Below are positions 50,208 through 63,221 of a DNA stretch of 64,000 nt, one piece after another. Under the pieces are notes generated by a model. That model was given only the letters and a program-made list of their open reading frames with translations. It searched no databases and was not told where the DNA came from. The translations under genes were made by a program, and so were the position numbers. This DNA is from Bispira polyomma (taxonomy: Eukaryota): positions 1,488,001-1,552,000 of the forward strand of contig OZ287759.1 of the NCBI GenBank assembly GCA_965649765.1, written 5' to 3'. Each line of letters starts with the position of its first letter. The first letter of the stretch is position 1.

Positions 50208-53200
50208 TCGGTTCAATACCCGCTAATGCTACTTGTTTCATTGTTCAGAAACCAATCTGGCTGCATTAACTTGATGAAGAGTGACACAAATTTTATCTTG
50301 TCTGAAAAAGGAAAATTGTTTTTAAAACTTTAGCCTCTTAAAATTAAACATCACCACTTTAGACTTTGCAGTTCCACTCAATCACCAGACTATTTCTCGC
50401 TTTTTAGCAATCTTAGCAACAATAATATTATGGCCAACATTCTAAAATAGAGTCGCAGACTACACTAAAACCATCTCATTAGCAGTCTCAGCAGACTATG
50501 CTCCTCTTTGGTTCCCATTCTCTTCTATAGCTTTCTGTAACACATTCACACAGAATGATGCTACTATTTGGTCTTATTTGTGGGTCTCTTCTTCTCCAAA
50601 AGACTCTTCTAGAAATAATTGGATACTCTAGGAATAGCTTTTAAAGAAAATATTATTGCCTGTTTTACTATTTGTGTTGCCAGCCAGACACTATGTCTTC
50701 CAATAAATAGGTGAGGTGACTGACCTGATATATTTTTAATTTTATTAAATTGCAAATATCAGTAGAGTTAACATAGTAACTTTAATGGTTAAATACTGTC
50801 ATTATTTTGGTCTATATAATTGTATAAATATATATGGGTATATTTCTGGCTATATTACTTCAACCTATTGGTTAAATTATGTGTAATAATATAGTATAGT
50901 TTAACCACAGTTTATCTGTGGTTTATAAAAGTAACATATTCTAAACATATAAAAAAAATCTTCAACAATATACTGAATCAGGGAAAGAATCACTGGCGAC
51001 TAATTTCCGAAAACAAAATTTCCTAATAAATACAAATCTCTATGAATCAAGGAAATGACTAATATTTGAGAAAAAAGTAACCTCCATTAAATGAAAATAT
51101 AGTGCAATGTCTCCTCAAAGTTAATTTCCACTGATAGAGCATGACTATTATAGTTTAAGGAATGTGTCCTGAAATACATCTAATGATTGTTTACCAGTTC
51201 TTAACCTAATCAATGCTAGGTATTTTGAAAGTTTTGAAAATAAAACTGACAGAAACATCCAAATTTTAGACATCCTATTTACAACCCCTAACTCTCCTAG
51301 GTTTATGTGCTGATAATCTATAATTTGTAAGGACCTTGTGTCTCCCCTGCTGTTGTCTGTTTACGTCTGTGTGAGTTCCGTAGATGTTTGGTGTAATGAT
51401 CCGGAACAAGTAATGGCTTCATAAAATTACGCCCAGTTTGTGCCTGCTTGGAAATCTTAGCAACCTTTGTCTATTACTGGATGGTTACTAGGCAATAGTC
51501 TTTTTTGTTTCAAGATTTAACTCAATGCCCTTTCACTTGGACAAAGCTATGCCTAATGTGGCATAACTTTAGGGGTTATGGTGGCGATACTTAAGGTGAG
51601 ATGCATTTCACAAGAAATATATCGTAACATAAAATAATTATTCAGTCATACTATTTTTTGCTCATTTATGGAAGGCTAAGAAAGCTTTTCTATTAATCTC
51701 ATCATTTTGTGGTTTGACTTTCAATCTGTTTAATGGATGATTCTAATCCGACTGACTAGATTTCATTGTAAATCTATTTATTTCCTTATACATAATGAGA
51801 CTCACTTAGATTAGCTATAATAAGATAAGCTTTAACTGAGCTCTAGAAGTGATTTAAGCCACGATGTTTCATAACACCAACCTTGGCAATATTGGTTTAA
51901 CTGACTTATGTCTAGAACATATTGTTTAAATTTATTTCATAAGAAAAATACCAGTATGTTTAAATCTGTTTAAAATTATTCTTTTAGATTCTACAGAAAG
52001 TCTTTTAATTAATAGTTCAATCTCACAGGCACGTTGGTAATATTGATATCGATGTAGACATAACTGTTAAAATTACACTAGTGAATTATCCATCAATATG
52101 AATAACTGAAAGAGTTTTCAGCTTACAAAACAAAACAAAAAAAAACAAAAAAAAACTAACCAAGTCTGCATCATACATTTGTCTTGCAGCACAAATCGCA
52201 AAAGTATGAGTGGTTTCTATTTGCAACACGTTACTAAAAACACATCAAACATCCATTAACCAAACTAAATCAAAGTATTTTATGTGGACTTCCTCTGGCT
52301 TAGTGTGAACAGCACGTACTATTCCAATTTGTTGTAATTACATAACAACATTAAGTGTCACCCATACCTGACACAGACAGAGAAAAATAAGCATGTTGAA
52401 ATGTTTTTGTAAGCTAAGGTTAGTGTATCAAGTATGGCGGTATTAAGGGTAAAATTTACAAAAAATAAATGGTATCTTAGTAATAAGTAGTTTGCTGTAA
52501 GTTACTCGCACAATCAAGTGATGATACCAGTTGGTGTGTAATGTCTCATTCAAGCTATTTGACGGCTGATTCACAATACTCTGAACAGAAAAATAATTAT
52601 TAAGAATAAAAAATAAGAATGAGAACTAAAATTTTGTCCAACATCTGAATAATGTGTATATCTTTATTTGTATGAGAATGGATTTTTACTTTAATACTTA
52701 TATTTTCAATAAATCCTGAAATGAGAAAAATATGTTTTTTTTGGCTGACAAATGAGTGAGGCTAAGGTTTTAACACACAAGCGAGAACTCACACTTGCAT
52801 TACACTGTGTATGGGGATGTGTATGGTCCTAAATGTTGTTGTTGCCTGTCACAATGTTCAGAGCAACCTACCTAAGAGGCAAGTAAAAATAAGAAAATGT
52901 TCTAATTCAAACAAGTCACATTGCCTTCCTGGTACTCACCTTGCTTCATTTATGAAGGGTTGTACACAGATAATGAGTTTCTGAAACATTTACTTGCCTC
53001 ACTTTAGCCTCAAAAGACCTTTAGTCTTAAATAAAATAATTGACCAAAACACATCAAGACTTGTGTATTACTCCTACAGCTACAATTAGGAAATATTTTT
53101 GTTTATCGTTCATTGTGCTATTAAAACAAAGACTGATACAGGGCGATCTACAGGCAGCATAATGCCAAAAAGTGAGAAAAATATAGTCTATCCAGCCGTT

Positions 53201-55399
53201 CATATGAATGTGCTGCTGAACACATGAGCACTCCTAAAAATGAGGACATTTACTTTGAATTTTGTACAGAACTCAATTGGTTGCCAGAGCAATTTTTAAA
53301 GCCAATGAGTTGTGTGTGAGCAGACCAGCATGCCATACATTTTATGCCTAGATTGTTTTGAATTTTAAGCAGCTTGTTTAATCGCCCAATATAGGGTTCT
53401 ACTAGCACCCAGTTTAGTACTGACGTCAACTTATGCAAAATAGAATCATCTGAAAACTTTACAGATATATTATGTAGGGGTGGTAAGTTTCAAGTTCATT
53501 GTCCAAGTTAACCTATTTCACTACAATCTAAATCAATTCATTTTAGGGACCATAGATCCGGTTGGGCAAACTGATAAAACTATAATTTAATCTTATTTGG
53601 TTTGCATTAGCCAGGATCACAACTGCTCTATAAGAACGTTACTAAACACCACATATTATAGCGACTTGCAGGCTAGGACGACCTATAAATAGCAAGCACG
53701 AATAATTGTCAGGGTAAAATCTGGCTTTAGATGTCACTGCCATTATTTTATATTGTCATCCAATCCATTTAGTTCACAACCAAATCCATCCTGTTCCTGA
53801 AGATTTTGGACAAAGCCTTTCCTCTGTGTAGATAAAAATGGGATATATTTCTGTACAATTTATAGTTCATGGCCTGGAAAGAAATTTATCTTTGGGGGTT
53901 CTAGACCAAGTCAGCAGGACATGACATGAATAAAGATCAGTCTTACTTCTTATTTCTTACATACTGCATCGAGAGTGGAGTTGTTAGCTAACAGAGTTCT
54001 TTGTAAGAAAATATATTCATTTTCTTTTGTCAAAGAATTTTAGTCATTGAGAGATTGTTTGTTAAATTGTTTCTTTTCAAATGGAGAGCTATACACTATT
54101 TGTAAAATGAAAACATCGTTCTAATAGCAGCACTTATTTAAGCTATATTGTGTGTGAGTATTTTTGTCTTAAAGACTAAAAGTACATGTGTCCAACCTGA
54201 ATATCCTTAATAAACTACAAAAGTAGATATTTAAAGCTGGACTAGTTTTCAATTGTTGAGACGTTCATTGGAATTAATTTTCACTTTTGGTTATTTTTGA
54301 GATAGTACAGTAATACAACGTGAAATGAGAATAAATTAGAAAATCATTAAATAGGTCACATTATTTCACTAATAAAATGATTAGATTAAAAAATATTCAC
54401 TTATAAACAATATTCTACAACTTTATTTCTGCCGAAGATCTACAAGAAAAAAAATCTTTAAAAAGATCCACCATTTGTAAATATTGTTAATAGGTGCTTA
54501 TCATTCTTTAATAATAACTGAAAAGTGAACCAGATCAAGCTACAGCAATATCTCAGTCATGCGATGGGGTTTCTAGATACAAATTAAAAAATCAAACATG
54601 ACAAATCGAAAAGCCCTTTTAGTTTAAATTGAATCAGACAAAGGGTGATTTATCGATAATTTTTTGCCAGTGTGTAGTACAAAGAAATCCTTTTTACATT
54701 ATTACTATACTGTCATTTTTCAAAATATATATCATTTGCAGTGTAAGTCGATGTTTTTGTACAAATTACACCACAAGTGTACTTATGTTAGAAAGGAATC
54801 ATTTAAAACCATTTTTGATACAATTTACATATAAAAAATACATTTCGACTTATTTCAACTTTAAAAATTTCAACTTTAAGTTTGAAAATTTCAAGTTTGA
54901 AAATTTTAAGTTTTGTTATACTGAGACCCCTATTAGTAGAAGTTACAATTATAAAAACACTAGGTAGCAATATACATTTCAAATTAAAGTATGTTACAAA
55001 TTAATTTTTATCTGTGTGTGGTGAAGACATTTTTACATCATTCCTTATTGGTTGTGGTGCAGGAATGTGAAACTATTGTAAAAATGGCCCTTTTACATTA
55101 AACTATTAATTGTCATTTTTATAAATATATAGCTTTTGCTTATATATATACACAAGTTACAATAATGAGACCATATCTTTTGCCTTGATGGTTTCTCTAT
55201 TCAAAACCTATCAGCGTTTGCATATATAGGGTCTTATGGGAGACATCAAAGGCAAAAGTATTCCCCGTTTTTGTAAGAATAACTTTAATTCCACTTTAAG
55301 TTAGTATAGCGAAATATTTGCTACAATAATACCACACACAGTTCATTTTTATTGTCTAAAAAGATAGGCGAAACAAGAAAAGTGTGAACTAATGAATAG

Positions 55400-55775
55400 T
55401 TAATAATAATTATAATATACCAGATTTATATAAAACCCCATCCATTCATAGAAATACTCTGAAGCGCTTTAGAATATATCATTGAGTAAAACAAATATAT
55501 ATAATACAGTACAATAAAAATATATAATGTTTGATAAAACAGTACTTAATTAAAATTTTAGGACCCTGCTTACAGCTTGGGGTTTGACCAAGAAAACTAA
55601 GCTGAAATTTGGTTCTCCAAAGTCATTTTGATATTTTAATATATTTCATAAGCTGTTTTAAAAGATGTCTTTTAAGTTGACACCTAAAGGACCCTACGGC
55701 CTTAGCATGTTTAACATTATCTGGCAAATCATTCCATAATGCAACTGCAGATTTGTTAAAACATCTATTGCAATA
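55400..55775 (-). mobile_element. L2-group LINE 3' fragment
   Basis: Minus translation NRCFNKSAVALWNDLPDNVKHAKAVGSFRCQLKRHL; TTA-repeat tail; absent from the paralog at ~47498. Confidence 0.75.
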
Positions 55776-56469
55776 GGTTGCAGTGTGTGTTTTTGGTACA
55801 ACCTGCTGATTTTTTTTGTTTGGGATCGTAGGGATCTTGATGGTTGCATAAGAGAACAGAGGAAAAGGTTATCACACAGAGGGCTTTCCTTTTTTCAAAA
55901 ATAGAGCTAATGTAAATATACATGTATATATTTTTAGATATGTAAAATATCGATATATACACAAACCATGGGTAGTTTATCCAAAGGTTAAACTCAACCT
56001 GGATGCGAAAAGCTATGTGGTAGTTTCTGTATATAACAAAAATAACCTACAGTAACGGTAACCATTTATTATAGTAGAGCTGTCAATGATGAAATCAAAT
56101 ACACAGCTAGAAACTATAAATCCCTCCTTTGGCCGGAGATACAGACCACTTACATCACAGCTTAGTTGAGTCTAAAGTTTTGGGAGACTGTTATCACTGT
56201 GGCCTAGCTGGTGACACACTAACTTAAGAAGGCAAAGGACAGCAGTCTGGGGCGACTAGGTAAGATAAATATATAGCAGTTTGGATGACCACTTCAAATG
56301 ATGGTTGTTCCTGTTAAAAATCCTTGGGGCATTGATAAATATTGTCATTGTCATGTCATCAGTTAGTAGAATGTCAGGTACTGGTGCTTTTTAGCTGACA
56401 ATTAAGCAGTCAAATAATGTTAAATAACCCTTTTCATTATCAGATATCACATTACTATTTTTAAGGCTG

Positions 56470-56845
56470 TAGTCACCCAACAGCCCCCCTACCTTGCCTC
56501 CCTTCTCTCCTTCAGTAACTGCAAGACAGGCAACAGACTCTCTGTCTCTTCGGTCAGACCAATCAGGAAGGCTGGATTCAGAGCGTTCTCCACTGCAGCT
56601 CCATGGTTATGGAACAGTCTCCCAGTCGACCTCAGATACATTGACACACTTACTGCTTTTAGGAAAAAGCTTAAAACCTATCTTTTTAACCTTGCCTACT
56701 CACCTTAGCTTCCCATGTGCACGCTCCCACTTCGTTCCTTACGACTTTGCAATGTCCATGGATTTAATGATTGGACTAATGATTCTGCTGTTGCACTTTA
56801 GAAGATGCCTAGCATCAGCGTGTTAAAAATCTATAATAAAAAAGA
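56470..56845 (+). mobile_element. L2-group LINE 3' end
   Basis: Translation AGFRAFSTAAPWLWNSLPVDLRYIDTLTAFRKKLKTYLFNLAY, the typical L2/CR1 ORF2 C-terminus, then 3' UTR and A-rich tail. Confidence 0.88.
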
Positions 56846-56920
56846 AAAAAGAAACCAAAATAAAAAAGAAACCAACAAATACAATGAAGACTAAAAAGTC
56901 ATTTCCTTAATTAATGGTAC

Positions 56921-58511
56921 AATAGTATAACTGCCCGAGTGGTGTGTATTAAAAAACTATATGATGATAATCAGATAATCAGTACAATACGAGTCCAGTA
57001 AGGCGAGTTTGGTGTGTTTTATCTTCTTAAATCCTATATTTGTTTATTACACGCCACAAGGGTTGTTTTACATTTATTATCCACTTATAAAATATAATTA
57101 TATTAATTTATATAGTTTAAAATAAAAAAAAAAACAGTCTGAAAAGGGTCTAAAATATTGAAAATAAAGGGAAAAAAAACAAAACAAAAAGTACTGACTT
57201 GTTACCTTAAAGAATTAGCTTTAAATTCAAACTTTTACCATTTTAAAAATCCGATTTTGTACACAGTAACATTGCATAATACCTATATTTTATATATATT
57301 GAAAGTTTTAAAACAATGTACTCCCTCCAACCTCCTAGCTCCTACTGTGTTGGGGTTTGGCTGCTTCAACTTTAAAATTTACTCCTCTCTTATGTAATAA
57401 TTAATGGTTATGTAAAACATTTACGTAATTTTAGTTATCATTCATTTCACATATTACCTTGGTCGTAAAAAGTCAAGTTAATCCTTAAGCTTAACAGTAT
57501 TATGTAATTATACCTTCTTAAACGGACTTCGGTCTGCTTTCTATTAAGTATCTCTATGTCAGGTCTAAATGATTATACTGTAAATGGCTCTCATCACATT
57601 ATTTAGCTACAGTACAGTAGCTTCATACTTAACCTAACTTTAAATACTTTTCTAGTTCAACTTAAACACTTGGGTACGCCCAGTTTTGCTACAGTACAGT
57701 AGCTACATCTTTAAAATACTTTTGTAGTTGTAAATTAAACACTTGGGTACGCCCAGTTTTGCTACAGTACAGTAGCTACATTAAATGTTAAATTTTATCC
57801 AAACATTTTCTTATTCATGTAAGGTCACCTTATTTTCCAAATCTTTCGGGTTCGGGTATTACAACTTAAAGTACTCTAAGGTGACCTTTAGCTAATTTAT
57901 TTATTATTCCTAATGATATTAATTTGATACTTACGTGACCTTAAGTCATCCTAAGTATCTTGTATAACTTTACCAGGTGACTTTGAATCACCATGTACAT
58001 AGTAGATTCTAACATGTAGTCTAATAAATAAATTACCGCATTCTGTGTTTACTTACCTTGTCTTCGTGACCTCGGATCCTTTAGCCTGCTACCGGGGAAC
58101 TGAAACAATGTATGGATTAATTTGCTCACTATAACAGCCCAAACTCTATATAGTTTTTGTTTACGTTTCAAAACCTTCCATTGTGACGTCACAATGCAAA
58201 TCTGAAAGCCAAGAAGTGCAGATTTGTTACTATAAAGAATTAACTTTAAAAACGTATTGATAAAGCACTTAAAATCAAATTTAAGATACCATTATGTTCT
58301 TAAATGTTCATATTTGATGTTAGCCCAACCGTTTATCAACTTTCTACCTGAAATATTGCATAAAACTAAGACTAAAACCTTGGAAAATCTAGGAAACACT
58401 ATGTGCAGTGTTCATGTGCACATTCACCGGCGCCGGATGATACGGTTCGTTGTATCACCCGGTCCGTATCAGCCACGAAAACGTCATACTGACGTTCCAG
58501 TGGATAATAAA
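56921..58511. mobile_element. Non-autonomous element with internal complement of its end junction (Crypton/YR-like, tentative)
   Basis: Absent from the paralog (49568-49585); 57043-57085 is the reverse complement of right end plus left end. Confidence 0.6.
57393..58107 (+). mobile_element. Solo-LTR-like insert with 65-bp internal tandem repeat
   Basis: TG...CA ends, AATAAA at 58023, repeats at ~57605-57790; no clean TSD. Confidence 0.5.
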
Positions 58512-58969
58512 AGTGTTTACATTAAATCATTTCATTTGCAGTTTCAGTAGATTTGATATATCTTTTATCCCACATCTTAAACATCCTGTATCATCTACAC
58601 AAAATAAGATGGTGGGCCTATTAAAGACTGTTAGTGCCCTCTTTTTGTTAATTGCTCTCTCTCTCTCCAGGTCATTTCTGGGCCTCCAATTCTCTTAAAA
58701 ATGCTCCTTTTTCAGGTCTAATTGAGCACTTATAGGGGTCCTTTTTGCAATTTTGCAATAATGCGTATCTCCTTGGCTAACAAGCGTTTGTGTGTGACTA
58801 TTACTCCCATAATTGAACACATTACAGTCGCGCTTCTTCATTTTTTTTCACAAAGCTATTTATTGGGCATATGATCAGAAAGGTTATACAAGACTCTATC
58901 AGTGAATTTTGTAGCTTATACAAGTCTTAACTACTTAAGTTGGAATGATTTTAATTGGAAAATGTATTC

Positions 58970-59190
58970 CCAGAGTGGGTATTGTGATGAAGTGGTTCGA
59001 CTCCGGGTTGGTTTGGTGATTGTAAAGTCTGTGGTTCGACTCCAGCTAATAGTTAATTGGTTGGACAATGTCTTAGGCAAGATGTAAACACACCATTGTC
59101 TACTGACAACGAACCAGGCTATGTTGCAGGACTATTCATCTCTGGGTGCCTTGGAGGGTGATATATAAATAAAGTGCTATATAATGCTTC
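58970..59190 (+). mobile_element. tRNA-derived SINE with CORE-like segment and L2-like tail
   Basis: GGTTCGACTCC B boxes, GTCTTAGGCAAG, tail GCCTTGGAG...AAAGTGCTATATAATGC. Confidence 0.6.
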
Positions 59191-59879
59191 AGTCAAAATA
59201 ATAAAAATTTAGATATAAATATGTTCGAAATGTAACTTATAACAAATTATAGACTCAGCTGTTTAAAAGTTATTTTATGCAGTAAATTACCCCATTTTTA
59301 AGTAATAAGCATAGAATTGAACTTAAATGGGGTGCTAACTGATAAGATAAATGGATCCTACTAATAAAATTATTTTACTTCCATGGCAATTTTATTATTT
59401 TAACTATTTGCTACGCTTATTCATTTAATGTACTTTTTCCGAATATACAAACTTAAGTATATTCTTCACTAAGTAAATATGACACATGACTCTGTACTAA
59501 CATTTTAGCTTCAACTCAACTAGGCTAAGATTCTAAAATAAAGTCACTGACTACACTAAAACCATCTCATTAGCAGTCTCAGCAGCCTATGAACCTCTTT
59601 GGTGCCCACTCCTCCTCTATAGCCTTTTGTAATAAAATCACACAGACTGATGCTACTATATTTAGTCTCATTTGTTGATTTCTTTCTATGCCAAAAGCCT
59701 CTTCTAGATGTAACTGAAAATTCTAGGGGTAGCTCTTAACATTGGTCCGATTTAGAAAGGATAACACACTTTTGTAGGTGCATATTTGTATTGTAGCTCA
59801 ACATAATGTCATCCAATAAAAATGTGAGGTGTCTGAACTGAAATATTTTAAATGTTCTTTAAATTTTCTAAAAGTAGTT

Positions 59880-59964
59880 TGTGTAATAGCTAAACAAGAT
59901 GCTAACCGCTAATAACTATTTATTTTCGTAAGAGTAGTACCAATTCGGATCTAACGATCCCACA
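59880..59964 (-). repeat. Short 3' LTR of the Mag-like element
   Basis: Minus strand: PPT AAAAAGGGGAGAGA (59965-59978) directly followed by TGTGGGATC...AATAAA...TTACACA. Confidence 0.7.
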
Positions 59965-60240
59965 TCTCTCCCCTTTTTACATACAGAGTCACAGAAACAA
60001 AAATACATGCTAGATTCTCAGTTCACCTCTCCCCTTTTACAACTGAATTATCAAGACTTAATTGCAAAATTAAATATTATGCAAAATTACAACTCTTGAG
60101 CAAATACTGGTGTCCATTACTACATAATAATTCTTCAAAATAAACATATGCTTTTAAAACAATTAACACACAAAGGACATACAAATGTAATGAATTTTCA
60201 ACCAGTGAAAAACAAAGTGTGCATCATGCACCTGGACTGA

Positions 60241-63221
60241 TCATAAGTCACCACTGTCACTATTTTTTATGCATTTCTTGGGAAAACTGACCTCAAAATC
60301 ACTAAATTTAGCAGGTAACTTTATATTCCTGGGTGGATGTTCCTTTATGGGAGAATCACACCGAAAACTTAAGGGAGATGTACTGACCATACTATCGTTT
60401 AGTTTTTCACCAACATCTGGAGGAATGGGGGATTTTACAGGTAACGGAAGAAAGGGTTCATCTATCTGATCTTCTGTTAATGGAGAAACTGTCGACTTTA
60501 TATACTTGAAATGACCAGAGTTCCTAGCCTTAGTTTCATCATCTCTCTGAGCAATCTCTATGGAACCCTTTTTTCCAATGACTTCAAATGGAATTTCGGG
60601 CAGCTTTGTCTTCATGCAATATTTATTCAGAGATTCAAATGGAGACATGCCAGTTGTACTGTGTGGAGTTGCTCTATAATTTCTTAAGAACTAGTACAAC
60701 TCTTGTTTCTAACTTTTGGTACCTTCATGTTAAACTGCTTTCATGAATTTTCCTAGAGTCTTCATAACATTTTCTGCTAACCTGTTAGCCTCCGGCAAAT
60801 AAGGGGTAATTTTCCTGTGTCTAAAACCCACATCTTTGGCATACAATTCAAATTTTGCAGACTTTGTAAATTTCTACTTCAGGAAAACGACTGTAATCGT
60901 CTATAATGCCAATCAAATAGTTGCCAGATGGCAACGGTCCAAAATAGTCGATTGAGATTTCTTGCCACGGTCCTGCCGGCAAAGGTGACATCTTCAGAGG
61001 AGACCTCTCTTTAGGGTCATGACTTGACCTGCAGGGAATATAGCTTTCAATCATATCCTTGACATCAATACCGGAGAACCATACCTTTGCTCTCAACAAG
61101 GATTTTCTGGCTTTGTGCAGAACAATGCCTTCAGGGGTAACTGTCAGCTCATTTTTTACCCTGTTAAAACTTCGAAGTACATGAAACACCTATGGTTTCC
61201 AGAGCTCCGATTTTTTGGACAAATACCAGTTTCCATTGGTTACGAGTTTCCTCACAGCCTGTAGCTATTCATCACTAATAGAGTCTATAATTTCTGTCAA
61301 AGTCATAGCTTTGGGAACAACTGAAGACGAGACAAAACTTACATACTCATCTACAACATTGTCTGAACAGTTTGTTTTGAGCCGATGATGAGATAGATAA
61401 TCTGCCGGGTTGTCTTTGCCTGAGATGTGTTGTAGGTGATACCTGTACGGCTGTAGTTTCAACTGTAAGCGCTCTAACCTGCTGGATATGCCCACTCTGG
61501 ATTTACCAAAAATGCCCAATAATGGCTTATGATCAGTCCAGATTACTACGGGCGTATCATAGGTATAGATATGAAAATAGCCTATGCTACTGCTAGAGCC
61601 TCCCTCTCTGTTTGGGCATACCTTATTTCAGTGGGTGTTAAAGCTATTGAACCATTTTGAACATTTTGATCATGTATACCTCGCTGAACAAGGATCGCTT
61701 CCAAACCAAAGGGAGATGCATTTACAATTAAAATTAAAAAGTGTTTTTGTTTATGTCATAGTAAGACAAGGTTGGACTTTCTTTAAGGCCATTTACTAAC
61801 ACCTCAAAAGCACCTTGCTGTTTGCTACCCCACACAATCTTAGCATTTTTCTGCAGCATGTCTCTGAGAGGTTTGGTAATAGTGGAATAATTTGGAATAA
61901 ACCTGGACAAGTAATTAAACATACCCAACAGACTCTGAACTTCAGACACATTCTGTGGCACACCCATTTTAGTCAGTGCCTCAACTTTTGCCATGTCTGG
62001 CTGCATACCATGCTTAGAAAATACAGCACCAAAAAATTGCACTTTGTCACACTTAAATAACACTTGGGTAAATTTACAGTAACACCACTTTCTAACAACT
62101 TTGTTAAGACCTTGCAAACTCTCTCTTCATGGGCATCCTCATTACCACTAATGATATTGTTATCAGATATGTTAATACACTGATTAACATCCCTAATGAT
62201 TTCTTCTATAATTCTGAAATATTTCAGAGGCTGATGTTATACCAAAACTGAGACGTTTTGACCAAAACAGACCAATGTGGGCAATAAAGGTTGTGATTTT
62301 GCGAGAATATTTATCAAGCTCTAATTGATAGTAACCTTGTCGTAAATCTATCTTGCTAAACACAGTTGAACCCAGAAGTTTATCTTGAAAATCCTCAATG
62401 GTGGGCATGGGATGATGTTCTCTAGTAATCACCTCATTTGGAATTTTTGATGTCAACACATAATCTAATGTTCTCAGGTCCTTCGGTTTTGGAACGACTT
62501 CTATAGGGGATACCCATAGAGTTGGGCCCTCTACTTTCTCAATAAGATCTTGTTCTAATAACGCTATCTCCCTCTCCACTTTGGGATGATGTTCTCTAGT
62601 AATCACCTCATTTGGAATTTTTGATGTCAACACATAATCTAATGTTCTCAGGACCTTCGGTTTTGGAACGACTTCTATAGGGGATACCCACAGAGTTGGG
62701 CCCTCTACTTTCTCAATAAGATCTTGTTCTAATAACGCGATCTCCCTCTCCACTTTGGGCCTAGTGTGAAAGGGAATGGGCCTACATTTTGTGCCTGGCA
62801 ATTTTTTATCATAGTGAATCACATACTGTTTACCTTTAATCTTACCCACACCTTTTTGCCATTCAGGGTGAGCATCCAAAAATCTTTGGATCGGGTTGTT
62901 TTGAACAGAATGTACACACTGATCCCTGGCTACCTGAACCAAATTAAGCGTTTTGCAAGCGTCAAAACTCAATAAACACCCAGAGTTACCTGGAGGAACA
63001 TACACAACGTCATCATATTTTGTAACACCATTGTAACTAACATTGTATTGAAACTTTCCAACATGATTTACCACACTGCCTGCATAAGCATTCAACTTGA
63101 CATTTGTGTCAGATAATGCAGCCTTGTCTTTCAACAATTTATCAAAAGTACATATATCAATAACAGTACATGTGATTGCAGTATCTGCAACCATGAGCAA
63201 TGCAACATTGTTCATTTTCAC
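60241..63221 (-). pseudogene. pol: pol (protease-RT-RNase H-integrase), fragmented
   Basis: ORFs 62193-63221, 61734-62117, 61265-61519, 60848-61189, 60241-60648. Confidence 0.93.
62408..62759. repeat. 174-bp in-frame tandem duplication within RT
   Basis: 58-aa block PKVEREIALL...VITREHH appears twice; TGGG at all three junctions (62408, 62582, 62756). Confidence 0.95.

Larger units (their letters stand above)
50990..59860 (+). repeat. Older segmental duplication, paralogous to blocks within ~32070-50760
   Basis: Ordered blocks: 50990~32072, 51320~36828, 51655~42205, 52700~43190, 53720~45058/45450, 54530~46750, 55845~47503, 58600~49660, 59550~50459. Confidence 0.85.
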
